A stretch of DNA of 64,000 nucleotides from Paecilomyces variotii. Taxonomy: Eukaryota. Below, one piece after another: positions 11,401-22,986 of this stretch. The stretch lies in NCBI GenBank assembly GCA_004022145.1, contig RCNU01000010.1; one strand, 5' to 3'. The position numbers and the translations under genes were made by a program. Within the stretch, counting starts at the first letter, position 1; every line of letters begins with the position of its first letter. The notes beneath the pieces were generated by a model. The model was not told where the DNA came from. It saw only the letters and a program-made list of their open reading frames with translations, and did not search any database.

Positions 11401-12660
11401 TCATTCCTGCTATCATTATTGTTTTACTATTATTATTGTCCTTGCTCAGAACCCCGGGCGCAGAAGAGCGTGGCTTGATTGTCTTCTTTTTCTCTCTCAG
11501 CCACCGTCTCTTGGGCGAAAAAAAGAAGCTAGATAAGTGGAACAGCCTGTTGAGAACTCCCAAGGGCTGGTTCCTGGGCGGCCAGTTCTTCCATGGTGCC
11601 GAATGATGGCCAAGTTCCTTGAGTAGTATTATTGCTAGCGCCAATGGTTCTCCAACTCTCCAACAACTTCTAGCCGGGTAGCCAGACCAGACCAGACTAG
11701 AGGATTAAATTGCAGCGATTCCGGTATTCCTACTGGGCCAGACGATGGTCGGCGCCGCAACGAGTGGAGACCGCAGTATGTTATCTGTGTTTTAATATTC
11801 GAGGTGGGCAAAGCCAGAATTTCGGCGAGCAGAGGAGGAGATTGCCGTCCATCGAGACATCGTAGTGTCTTTCCCAGAACAGGGTAGGCTTATCATGCCG
11901 GCAGAGCAACCTTGTCGGGCTCCAGCCACCAACGCACAGGACTAGCGAGCGGAATGAAGCTGTTGCGGCCATTATTGGGCATTGCTTGCAAGCTTGCAAG
12001 CGGGGAACCGAGCTGCTAGTAGTAGTTAGTTAGTAGTAGCAACCAGCATCGACTGCCGGGGGGAGGGGAGCACAGAAGGATACAGCGAGCACAACCATGG
12101 TAATTGACCGGGAAAACTGCGTAGACAGGAACAGTTCGTGCAGGAGAAACGAAGCAGACGTCTAGAGTCTGGATAGGACTGCCAGGGCAAAAAATGGATT
12201 GGAATTGGGGGATCCATGGGAAGAAGAAGCTCCCAAATGGACTGGTTTCTGCTCGGATGTTGAGGCTTTCCTCTTTCGGCTCTGGCGCTGGACCTCCCAG
12301 AAGACGCTGGAAAGAATTTAATTAATGAATCAATCAATCATTATTATTATAACAAGAGTCCGTCGCAAACAGGGAAGGCCGCAGAGCTAAGGGAAGCTAT
12401 AACCATCCTAACTGATAAATAAAGGGAGCCACGACGGGGCTCTGGCGTGCCTTTTTCCTTTCCTCTTCTTCTTCATCTCAGCACAACAAACACCAACCCC
12501 GCAGGTGCCTCTTTTTTTCTCTTTCTTTTCTTTATCTCCTCCCTCTTCCCTCTCCTGGCCCTGCTCTTCATCCTTCTGCGTTCCCAGCAGCCTCTCATCG
12601 TTCCTCCAGACATACTCGTACGGTAGCAGACTTTGTCTACATACACCACACTCCGCAGCC

Positions 12661-13470
12661 ATGCGTTCCTCAGTAGTCCTGATGGTCTCTGCCTTCGCGG
12701 CCGGCATTGCCGCCCAGGCCAACTACACTCTGCCTGCTGGTTTCAACCCTGGCGAGGTCTTGTCCACTGAGAAAGGTATGTTGGCCTGGATGCCATCAAG
12801 AACGGTGTTTCGACCGTTGTCATTATTATTATTATTATTGATTCAAGGTGATACTGACTGCGATCCATAGCTTCCTGGTGTACCGGCCAGCGTAACCTCT
12901 GCCCGAAGATCTGCGGTGGAGTTGCTAACGTGAACACATGCGATCCGGTATGTTTCCTTGGAAGCCCTGTGTAATAGATAATTGATTAATACAATTACAT
13001 ACTGTACTACCCGGTAGATCGTGGGCCACCGGCTGACAACGTTCAACCAACTTTAGGACTCGCTGAGCTTCTCTTGTGTCTGCTCGGACGGCTCTGTCCC
13101 CGACTCTGCTGAGTACACCCAGTCGCTGCCCTACTTTGTCTGCGAGGCCAACTTCGGCCAGTGCATTCAGAACCACCCCAACGACCTGGACGGCCAGAAC
13201 CAGTGCAAGGAGCAGGCCAAGTGCGGTACCAAGAACGCCACCAGCGATGCTGCTTCGACTTCTTCGGCTGCGGCCACCAGCGGCACGGCGGTGGCCACCA
13301 CTCTGACTACAGCTACGACGACTGCTGGCGGGCAAGTTGCCACGACCACTGCTGCGAAGGCCACTGCGTCTACTTCGCACTCGGCGGCCTCTGCTGTCAA
13401 GGTGGCCCAGGACTACTCGGCTGCCCTGCTGGTCGGAGGTCTCCTCGCGGGCTTCCAATTCGTTCTGTAA
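12661..13470 (+). CDS. Secreted Cys-rich, Ser/Thr/Ala-stalked, probably GPI-anchored surface protein; exons 12661-12775, 12871-12947, 13057-13470
   Basis: Signal peptide MRSSVVLMVSAFAAGIAAQ; 10-Cys domain (WCTGQRNLCPKICGG..TCDP..SCVCSDG..FVCE..QCI..QC..KCG); S/T/A-rich stalk; hydrophobic C-terminus AALLVGGLLAGFQFVL; two canonical introns keep frame. Confidence 0.85.
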
Positions 13471-14297
13471 ATATTTCGGGAACGGCACAGCGACATCCCC
13501 TCTTGTTAAAAGCATACACGTTTCTCTGCGTAATTGCAGTTGGGAGGACGAAGCGCGATATCCTTTTTTCTTTTTCCGAGCATGGAGTTTTCGGCTTTCT
13601 AATTGGTTTTAATTGTTTATTCCCCCGACCGTGATGGTCTTTTACTGTCCTTATGATCGTCCATACGACTTATGTCTGTCCTTAATGATTGCATATGATT
13701 CGCGCTGGCTGTCCGCGCCTAGCAGAGCAATAAATAGTTAATACGGCCGATTAATCATGGATTCTCTGTCTTTTGTAGATAACCAGTCCAACAGGGAATG
13801 TCATATTGTATGATTTCGCTACTTTCATGGAGATCAGATCAGATCTGCGTCTACTATCAGTGAGTGAGGAAATGAATGATCTGCACCGTGTTATATACAG
13901 TTGTATGCACCCCAGACTGTTTGGTAATTCTGGATGATTAACTTATTGCTTGCTTCGACACTAACCAACTGAGAAGCGAAGAGAGCGGGCAACCACACCG
14001 TATACCAGCAGCCATACCTCGATAGTCCAAAGAAAAAAAAGAAGGAAAAAAAGCCTCGAGTAATTGAATTAATCACAATCGATATAGAATCCAATTAATG
14101 AACCAAAAATCCTCTGTAGCCTCGATCCAGCTGCGTGGTGCTGGCTCTCCTTCGTCTCCGCTGGAACTTCGCCAAGAGTTCTCACCACACACTGAAATTT
14201 CTCCCCCAACTTTATCGATAGTCTCCAACGCCAAACCTTTCCCTCCACCAACCTATCCCCCCCCAATCCTCCATTCTACCAGTCAAGCCAGCCCAGC

Positions 14298-15763
14298 ATG
14301 CCGGCTCCGACAAACACCCTCCTCATCGAGGGCACTTTCACCGAACTGTGCGAGGAGCTCGCCCAGTACATCGACGTCCTGCGCAAGAACGAGGGGCCCA
14401 GCGTCCACGCCGAAGTCGCCCCGCTGCTCGAGCCTCTGCGCCAGCAAGAACAGAATGAGCAGGAACCCGACCTGAAGCAGCGGGATGAAGTTCTTAAGAA
14501 GATCGTGTCTGCTGCGGCCGTTTTGAACTCGGCGCCTGAGAACGGTGGGTGGGAGTCTTTTGCCCGGTTGAACGCGTTGATATGATTTTTTTGAAGGAAG
14601 ATGAGAGGCTTACAATATGGACCAAAAAAAAAACAGAGATCATCTCCGCCTACAACCTCCTCGTTCACCTGTCTCACCAGGCTGAGAAGCCGGATATGTT
14701 CCTTTCTCGCATCTGCACCTATCTCGCCAAGCCCATCGCCTCGTCTCCGCAGCAGGGCCCGTCGATAGCCCTGTCCATCCTCTGCACCATCTTCAACACC
14801 CTCGCGCCCAACGACTCCAGCCGCTACCACGTCTTCCTGGCCATTGTCGCCGTCATCAGACAGTCCGGATCGTCGTACGCCTTCGAGGCTTTCAAGCCGC
14901 AGCTGACCGCCCAGCTGCCCGGATGGATCGCCGCGTGGGAGTTGGATGAGGAGGATGCGCAGAAGGTGCATCTGGCTGTGGCCGACGCTGCCACCGCTGC
15001 CGGTGATAATGAACTCGCCTACACCCACCTGGTGCAGGCTCTCCAGACGATCCCGGCCAATGAGGCCTCCAGCAAGGAGTCTCGCGATCTGGCTATCCGC
15101 GCCCTGACGGCGGCTTTCTCGAACCCGGCCATCTTCGACTTCACCCCCTTGTCCGCTTCCGATGCGGTCCAGGCTCTGCGGGCCAGCGATACCTCTCTCT
15201 TCGAGCTCCTCGAGATCTTCGCGGCGGACACGCTGGATGCCTACGAAGACTTCGTTGCCTCGACCCCTCTGTCCTCCATTTCCGGTGGCGTCCTGGCCGA
15301 CGCTGGAGAGACGCTGCAGAACAAGATGCGTCTGCTCACCCTTGCTTCTCTGGCTGCCTCGACCCCCTCTCGCTCCCTGCCATACTCCACGATCGCCTCT
15401 TCCCTCCGTGTGCCCGCCGAGGACGTTGAGAAGTGGGTTATCGACACGATCCGTGCCGGTCTCGTGGAGGGCAGGCTGTCGCAGCTGCGGTCCGAGTTCC
15501 TGGTCCACCGGGCCACCTACCGTGTGTTCGGTGAGAAGCAGTGGGCGGAGGTCCAGGGCCGTCTGATGGTCTGGCGCCGCAGCCTCGAGAGCGTTCTGGG
15601 CGTCATCCGCTCGGAGCGGGAGCGTTTCGTGCGCGAGGGCATGCAGGCTGCTGCGGAGGAAGCCAAGTCCAACGAGAAGGGTGGAAGGACCATCGAGCGA
15701 CGACGGAATCAGCAGCAGCAGCAGCAACCTCGGGAGGTGGAAGTGGCTGGCGGTGCTGAGTAG
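14298..15763 (+). CDS. eIF3m: Eukaryotic translation initiation factor 3 subunit M (PCI domain); intron 14545-14636
   Basis: N-terminus MPAPTNTLLIEGTFTELCEELAQYID; PCI region KMRLLTLASLAA..VEKWVIDTIRAGLVEGRLSQ..ATYRVFGEKQW. Confidence 0.92.
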
Positions 15764-16429
15764 ATATACCCCTCCTCGCAATATCGTCGAAGCTAAACAT
15801 GAGGGGGGGTGAAATCCACCTCAAGTCATATCCTTTTTTTTCACTCTTCCGCCGCCGCCATCTATTTACCTTTTTTTTATGTCATTCTTCTCATGTTGCT
15901 TAGATAGGGAGCCCTCTGTATGCATGATGCTTTTTCTTTTTTTTACTTTTTAACTTAACGGATCGGGACAGTTCGTTTCATCGTTCCATTCGATCATCGT
16001 CAAATCGGATAATGAGTCACGTTGTTTAAAACAAAAACGGGTCCTTTTTCTTTTCTCTTACACTTGCTGGTGAAGAATAAAATGGGAGATGGAGGACAAA
16101 GCAGAATTCAGGTTAGGGAGCAGGAAGGCCGATGACATACGAGACCACTGTGTTAGGTCGAATAGGTTCTTATTCGAGAAACTAGAGGGGGAAATAAGAA
16201 AAGAAAATGGAACGAACAATTGAACTGTGATTACGAATGCCCTTCATCATATCCACGACCAATTCAATGCTTGGAATTGGGCTTGTTCTATATCTATCCT
16301 GTAGGACGCATCCGCTGGATGAAGTATTTAATCCAATCGTAGGGACCAAAACGGGGTGGTTTTGTAAACCAAAAAGAAAAAAAAAATAAGTCAACAAATA
16401 TTTATATACTTTCTCCTTCAAGATATCCT

Positions 16430-17101
16430 TTACAGCGGGTTGATTCCCTTGGCCTCAATACCCTCCCTGATACGAGCGTATACATCCTCCTTCGTCCCCA
16501 CCGCCTCGATCGCAACCACCTTACCCTGCTTCCTAAACTCATCCACGACCGGCATGCTCGTGTCAATAAAGGTACGGAACCGCTTCTTGATCGATTCGAT
16601 ATTATCATCATCCCGACCGGAAGTCTCCCCGCGCTTCAGCAGACGCGCCTCGAGCACATCCTCCGGACAGCTCAGGAAGAGCGTGAATTTCGACGGCGCA
16701 ACAGTCTCTTCAAAGAAAACCGCCTGGTCAAGCTTGCGCGGAAATCCATCGATCAGGAACCGAGGCTTCGCCGGCTTCTTGGTGTCGGAGTCGACGCCGC
16801 TACGACGTTTGGCCAGCGTGTCAGACATGGCGTTGGACAGCAGCGCAACGGTGATTTCCATCGGCACGATCTTGCCTTCTTTGATGTAGTTCCGAATCAG
16901 GTCGCCGTATTGACTACCCTCGCGGACCTGTTCGGCGCGTAGCAGGTCACCGGCAGATAGGTGCGTGAAGCCATAGTCGCGAACGAGGTTCTCGGATTGC
17001 GTGCCTTTACCGGCACCGGGGCCGCCGAGGACGAAAACGACGTCGACTTCGTCGGGGGCGAAGCGGGGAGTGTTGTTCTTGATGGAGGTTTCGGTGGCCA
17101 T
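16430..17101 (-). CDS. URA6: UMP-CMP (uridylate) kinase
   Basis: P-loop VFVLGGPGAGKGTQ, FTHLSAGDLLRAEQ, FLIDGFPR, SGRDDDNIESIKKRF; intronless 223 aa. Confidence 0.95.
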   Translation of the reverse strand: MATETSIKNNTPRFAPDEVDVVFVLGGPGAGKGTQSENLVRDYGFTHLSAGDLLRAEQVREGSQYGDLIRNYIKEGKIVPMEITVALLSNAMSDTLAKRRSGVDSDTKKPAKPRFLIDGFPRKLDQAVFFEETVAPSKFTLFLSCPEDVLEARLLKRGETSGRDDDNIESIKKRFRTFIDTSMPVVDEFRKQGKVVAIEAVGTKEDVYARIREGIEAKGINPL

Positions 17102-17160
17102 TTTTTATTTTTATTTCTCTCTTAAGGCGTAGGTAGATTGATTTCCTTTCCCCCTTTTTT

Positions 17161-17469
17161 TTACTCTGACTTAACGGCTGGTTTGGCGGTGCGAGATTTG
17201 ACCAGCAGGATATATGCGCCCGTACCAACAGCGAGGAGCACAATGAACGGAACGACCTTGAATTCCGAACGACGGTTCTGCGGAGGCGGAGAAGAAGAGG
17301 TTGAGTAAGGTGTAGTAGTTGTATTCAGACGCTGGTGAAGACGAACGAGTTGTTGTTGTTGTTGGTGGTGGTGGGGCAGCGATGATCGACCGGCGGCGGC
17401 ACGGGATGAGGAAGATAGAGCTCGCAGAGACAGAGAGCTCAATGCTGGACGAGCCAGATGGATGGGCAT
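17161..17469 (-). CDS. Small (102 aa) putative mitochondrial single-pass membrane protein immediately upstream of URA6
   Basis: ATG at 17469; Arg/Ser/Leu/Ala-rich presequence-like N-terminus without acidic residues (MPIHLARPALSSLSLRALSSSSRAAAGRSS..PYSTSS), then one hydrophobic helix VVPFIVLLAVGTGAYILLV and a basic tail. Confidence 0.7.
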   Translation of the reverse strand: MPIHLARPALSSLSLRALSSSSRAAAGRSSLPHHHQQQQQLVRLHQRLNTTTTPYSTSSSPPPQNRRSEFKVVPFIVLLAVGTGAYILLVKSRTAKPAVKSE

Positions 17470-18435
17470 TGGGAGGATAATGGTAGGAGGAGTACAGTAC
17501 AAATGCTCGTTGGGTAAGGATAGGATAGGATAGGAAGTTAGAAGCAGAGAGGAACTCCAGCAGGCGGCCCGGGGGAAAAGGTGCGGTGGCGGAACGCTGG
17601 AATCTTCAACAATTCTCCGCGTGTGGTTAGCGTAGCTATGAGATCCGTTTGATTAGCAGGAGAAGTAGAGTATACTACTATCGATGCATCAATACTTTTG
17701 CATGCTCTAGGAAATGCATTGGTTCTGCATGCTATGGAGGGGATGGAGATGTGCTCCATATTTTGGAGGTCCTGGTGTAAGTATACAAAAGGGGCTCAGT
17801 AATAGATGGGATGCCATCAAATGAGACCTCACACACCAGAACATCTTCCCAGATAGCAGCCTTATACAGATTACAAGAGACATGTTACATTCACTTCAGA
17901 ATGAGAAAGATTTCAATCTCACATAATTAATCATAGGGCATTAATCCACACAAGACGCTGCAGCTACCCTTCACTCATACTTGACATCAGTTACCTCTCC
18001 CTCCAACCTCCCCAGATTTCATTGTGTCTGTCTCTGAATGGAAGATAATAGCCGATCTGAATAGATGAATGAGCATTCACTTGTGACGTGAAGTGCGTCC
18101 ATTTGGCACATCTCTTCTCTGCTGGTACTACTTACCTTCACCCGTCTATTCAGCTCTGTTCTGTTCCTGCCTTTTACAGTCCTAATCTCTTTCTTACTCT
18201 GAACAATCATCCAACTTATTGTTGCTTCAGATATGAGACTTTGAGGATTTCATCTAATCTCACATATTGTACCTCAGCTGGGAACAAAGAACTGAAAGTG
18301 TCGTGGCTGGTGTTAATTCTGAGAAATCAGAGTGGTACACCCCGTTCTTTTTCAAGTCCAAACTCGAATATATCAACTACAACTATCATGTGCAGACCGG
18401 TTGGTACTGTTTGTCCTTCTCTGGACTCAGCTCCG

Positions 18436-20023
18436 ATGGAGCAAAATGATGGCCATACCCGTGGTCGCGGTCGCGGGCGCGGGCGAGGAAGAGGACGAGG
18501 ACGAGGACGAGGACGAGGTCCGCGTGGGAGCCGCGGTCGAGGAGGCAGCAATGGTGGTCAGGAAATAGGAAATTTAACTCAGGTTAGATGATTCCATTGT
18601 CTATCTTATCTGATAGATAAAATACTGATCGATCGTACAGGGTCAAAGTTCTATCAACCCGCAAAACATCCAGAATAGGGACAACCAAAACCACACTGGA
18701 CATCCGAGAGGTACGGATAGAGGAAGAGGCTCGAACAGGGGCAGGGGCAGGGGCCATGGGCGCAGAGGATCTAGAGGAAATCAACAGCAAGTCTCTTCAG
18801 TGGGTCCGTATAGATCTCTGGTCGTCGAAAAGAGACCGGAATCTCAGTCGAATGCGAGCGTTTCTGGTCGACGTGGAAAAGATACCCCTGAAAGAGGGAA
18901 CTGGATGCCACGACGCAATCGTGCATCGAGAGGGAATTCTACGAACAATGATCGCGCAAGGAGATCTTCTCGAGAGAAAGGGAAAGCCCCCGTTAGACAG
19001 CCCGTGGTTGAGAATGGGGGACAAGGAAAGATGCAACACCACGGCACTGCTGTCCCTGCGAAGGAGACTATTACTCCAGTCGCCCTGGACAAGATAGCAG
19101 AGCCATCTGGAATAGTGCCAGATACTCAATTCGACGAAATAGAGCAGGAAAGCACGTGGGAGATGTCTTCTGTCCAGGTTGAGATCGACATTCAGGAACC
19201 AATTGCTCCTGTCACTCAGCAAACCATCAAGGCAGTCAATCAGCCAATCCAGCAGAAGACTCTCTTATTCAGACTGCCCGGGGAACTACGTACAAAGATC
19301 TACGAGTACATATTTGGCACCTATAGAGTCTGCATATATCGCTTCCGGGCGCCAAATACAGGAAGCTCGAAGCGCCAATACCGTCTGCGTCACACCTGTC
19401 TTCCCCCTTACCATCCGACCATCCATGACTTGATCCCAAGGACCAAATCCACTCCGGCGATCCCGAGTGCCTTGGTGTACACATGCAGGGAAATTTATCG
19501 TGAGACAGTCCTGTTCTTGTACTCGAACACGCAGTTTGTGTTCCGCTCCACCAAAGTCATCAACACCTTTTTGAGAAACACGCCCATTGTCGCACAGAAC
19601 GCTATTCGGCACCTAGAGCTCAATTATATCGGATACAACGAGCCACGACTCACCGAGTTCCGCAAGTTCAAAATCCGCAGTGATCTGGCCTGGTATCTAG
19701 CGTGTAGCACCATGGCACAGAACTTTACTTCCTTGCGCGTGCTACACCTGCACATAACTATTTGGGACTGGCCGATGAAACTGGACCTGAAAGAAAGATG
19801 GGCCATCCCGTTGCTTGAATTTGCTAGAAAGGGTGGCCTCGACCATGTAGATGCGAACCTGCGCATGCACATGTTCAACACTGATCAGTTGCAGGAGGCT
19901 GCGCGCAAGCTGGAGAAAGCGCTTATGAATCCAAGGACGTATCAGATCAAAGATGACAGGCGCTTAGCTATGAGACTGCAAGGCCCAATAAGAGCTGGAA
20001 AGGTGCTGAACATTGTTTTCTAG
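18436..20023 (+). CDS. Protein with RG-repeat disordered N-terminus and C-terminal F-box-like/DUF7730-like domain; intron 18583-18640
   Basis: Exon 1 encodes (RG)10. The GTTAGA..CTGAT..TACAG intron joins it in frame to ORF 18800-20023. Motifs LLFRLPGELRTKIYEYIFG and TCREIYRETVLFLYSNTQFVF. Confidence 0.7.
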
Positions 20024-20916
20024 TTGGTCGGCTGCTTCGACGCATGTTCTGGAGCATTGGACATCCCCTCGTCCTTTGATCACTCTATGCCTTGACAGCT
20101 GGATTCTGGAAGAATCCAGAGACATTGTTGAGATGAATTTACGGCTCACTATTCCCAGACTTGTTCTCTTTTACGATATCTCTTTTATGGTGCTTGTTCT
20201 ATCTTCCAGGGTCAGTGGACACGTACATGAAATGTCTCCACGATAATCCCAGCAGCAGTTCGCATTGGGGTTATCCCAATTCCCATTATGAGATTTCCCC
20301 TGTTTTCGGCTTCCAGTAATCATTCCAACCTAGCTAGTTAGTTAGCACTCGAGTATCAGCTTATCAATATTTTCCCCTGTTTTCGATGATATACACAGAA
20401 GTAGTATTTCCATTTCCTAGAGTCGTAGACTTACTCCATTGTAAACCCTCATGAGGGAATCTACCGACATACGTATATGACAAGTCAACGGTATTAATCA
20501 AGTTCAGAAGTTGATATGATACATCAATATACTATTGAGATAGTTCTAATCCGATCCGATCCAGACCAGTTAACTTAACTTATATACATTGTGATAGCAT
20601 GATAATACAATGCATAGACATAGACATAGAGATACAAACGCACAGAACACACATCGAAGAAAAAGAAAAGGATATAAAAAAGGCCCGTTAATAACTCTCA
20701 AGATGATACCCCCGCACCTCTCTGTAGCTAAATAGGGAAAGAATATAGGTATATATAGCTAGATAGGTGGTAAGATGGTATGTTGAAAAAAAACGCCATT
20801 CACGCCTCGTCTATGCATATAAGTGAGTTGATATGATATTACTGGTTCCAGCCCTGCGTCTCTTTTTGCTTTGGTTTTTCTCTTTTTGTTGTCTTCGACT
20901 TTTTTTCTTTTCTTTT

Positions 20917-22986
20917 TTAATGCTGAGCAGGAGTATCAGCCGCCATGGGTGTAGTAGGGACAGTTTCCTCCAAGGGAATCTGAGCGTATGATCGTCTAGT
21001 GCGTCGTTTCAGACAACATGAGAAACAAGCCACGATGCCGCCGGCGGAACAAGCGACGAGGACAAAGATCAAGAGACCTCCGATACCGCCGACGAAGTCG
21101 TATGCTTTGTCGGCTGCCTTTTGGGCTTCTTCCTTGTCTTCGACTTCTTCTTCGTGCTCGGACGAGGTGACGGCCATGGGGTCTTCAGGGACGGGGATTC
21201 GGTTGTCGGCGTGGTAGCCGGCCGCAGCCCAGTCTGGAGGCACGGAGCTCTCGTGCACGTCGGACATGCCCATGGGGTTTCCGTCTGCGTCGAGGGGTTC
21301 GGCGGAGATCCAGTTCATGTAGCCGTCGGCGATGAACATGGTTTCGAACCCGGCGTAGGGGACGTTGCCGATGAGGACGCGGGGACTGGCAGCGTCGGCT
21401 TGGGCGAAGAAGTTCCACGATGCGACGTCAGTTGCGCCGTTCCAGCTGACGTAGATAACGGTCGAGACGTCTGTGTCCTTGGCGCCGTAGACGAAGGCTT
21501 TGAGGGCTGGTGGTTCTGCGGGACGGCCGTGGAAGTCGTATTTGTACGCGCGGTAGGTCGAGTAACGGTCCGAGGTGAAGCGAGCTTCCATGGCGCAGGT
21601 TCCGTCCGGGGTGAATTCGCTGTGGTAGCCTTGCTCGCTCCATCCAACGAAGATGTTTCCACTCTTGAGCAGCTGGACATTGCCGCGGAGTCGTGACAGG
21701 CCTCCGTCCGGGCGGCCGTAGCGGTGGACGACGGTGGCTTTCATGTTCACCGTGTCCAGCTGGACGATGAGAGCCGACGAGCGGATGTCATCTTGGGACT
21801 GCTCGTCCGAGGCGTTGTTCAGGAATGAGATCGTTGTGTGGGTGCTGTTGTGTTCGACGAATCGAGCGTGATGCTGTCGATAGAAACGGAAGTCGATGAG
21901 CTCGAAATTCGACCATTTGCCGCCTAGTCGCCAGATGATGTCTCCAGTCGCTCCAGAGATGAGGTAGATGGTATCAGTAAAGCGGCAGGAGAGAAGATAA
22001 TCTCCATCGGCGTTCTTGTCGACGGAGTTGACGTGACTGGCATCAGTTTGTCAGATTTTTTAAAAGGGTCCATAGAGAATTAACAATACCAGTCATCTCA
22101 AACTTACATATAATCCCAGCCGGGAGGATCCATGACCGGGGGCTCGGGACTGGGGAAAGTACTCTCCTCCAGTGGGATGTGCCCAAGACTTCTCCATTCG
22201 TAGACGACATCTCCCGTCGCGACATCCAACTCGACGAAGCCTCCGGTGTGCACCCATCCATGGTCATCTGGGCGACCAAGCTCACCGTAGTCCAAAAACT
22301 CCGGTCTGTACGCAGTGGCCAGAGCGGTTTTTCCACCTTCCAACACATTGAATTCATGGATATCGAACGCTCCCAGGTCGTTAGTCACCGGAACCACGTC
22401 CTCGTACTCGAGACGGCCGTCGAGAACGATGGCGCCGCCCTTTTTGTCGCCGTGCTGCTGATAACCTTGCTGCACAATGAAGGAGACATGAGTATTGTTA
22501 TCGATGTTATCGATCGCCTTGAAATCGAATGTATTCCGATTCTCGAACAGACACGACCCAGACCAGACCAGATTCTGCTTCTCGTCAGCTTCTTCTGTAG
22601 ACTTCTTGTTTCGCCAGGCTCATATGCTCGCGTACCCCATCTCCATCGTAGATATGCGGGCCAACCTGGCACGGCATCCACTTCTTGGTCGGAGGTTCCA
22701 TCTCCAGGACGGTATACGGGGCGACGAACCAATATCCCGGCGTCACCAGGCGTCGGTCATGGTATGTGATGTCGAATTTGGGCGCTCTGATCTCCGGCCG
22801 CTGGAGTCGTCGTAAGCCGTTTTGTTTCTTTTTCTTGTTCTTCGCTTCTTCTTCTTCTCTTCCCGCTGGGAGAGATATGGATTGCGCTCAACTTACAGTA
22901 ATAAAAGTGAGCAGATCGTCGTCCGCGATCTGAGCAGCGACATTGCGACTGAACAGAAAGGGAACGATCCACCATAGCGATATCAT
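20917..22986 (-). CDS. Arylsulfotransferase (ASST)-domain protein with signal peptide and C-terminal TM helix; introns 22801-22896, 22575-22635, 22037-22107
   Basis: MISLWWIVPFLFSRNVAAQ signal; spliced motifs PGYWFVAPY, GPHIYD.DG.LVWSG, DIHEF, WDYIHVNSVDK, GNVQLL..GNIFVGWS, YRAYK, YVSWNGAT; TM segment GIGGLLIFVLVACSAGGIVACF. Confidence 0.88.

Noticed and set aside
10163-12337. Scattered 60-120 aa ORFs
   Set aside because: No motifs or consistent splice model; treated as the upstream region of the GPI-protein gene.
12925-13515. 196-aa minus ORF and other overlapping frames
   Set aside because: Shadows of the spliced GPI-protein exon 3, whose true frame is not in the ORF track.
14276-15781. 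501-aa minus-strand ORF
   Set aside because: Antisense shadow of GC-rich eIF3m.
17121-17164. Possible 44-nt intron (GTAAAA..AAG) fusing the small ORF to URA6
   Set aside because: No branch-point consensus, and the spliced frame hits TAA before the URA6 ATG.
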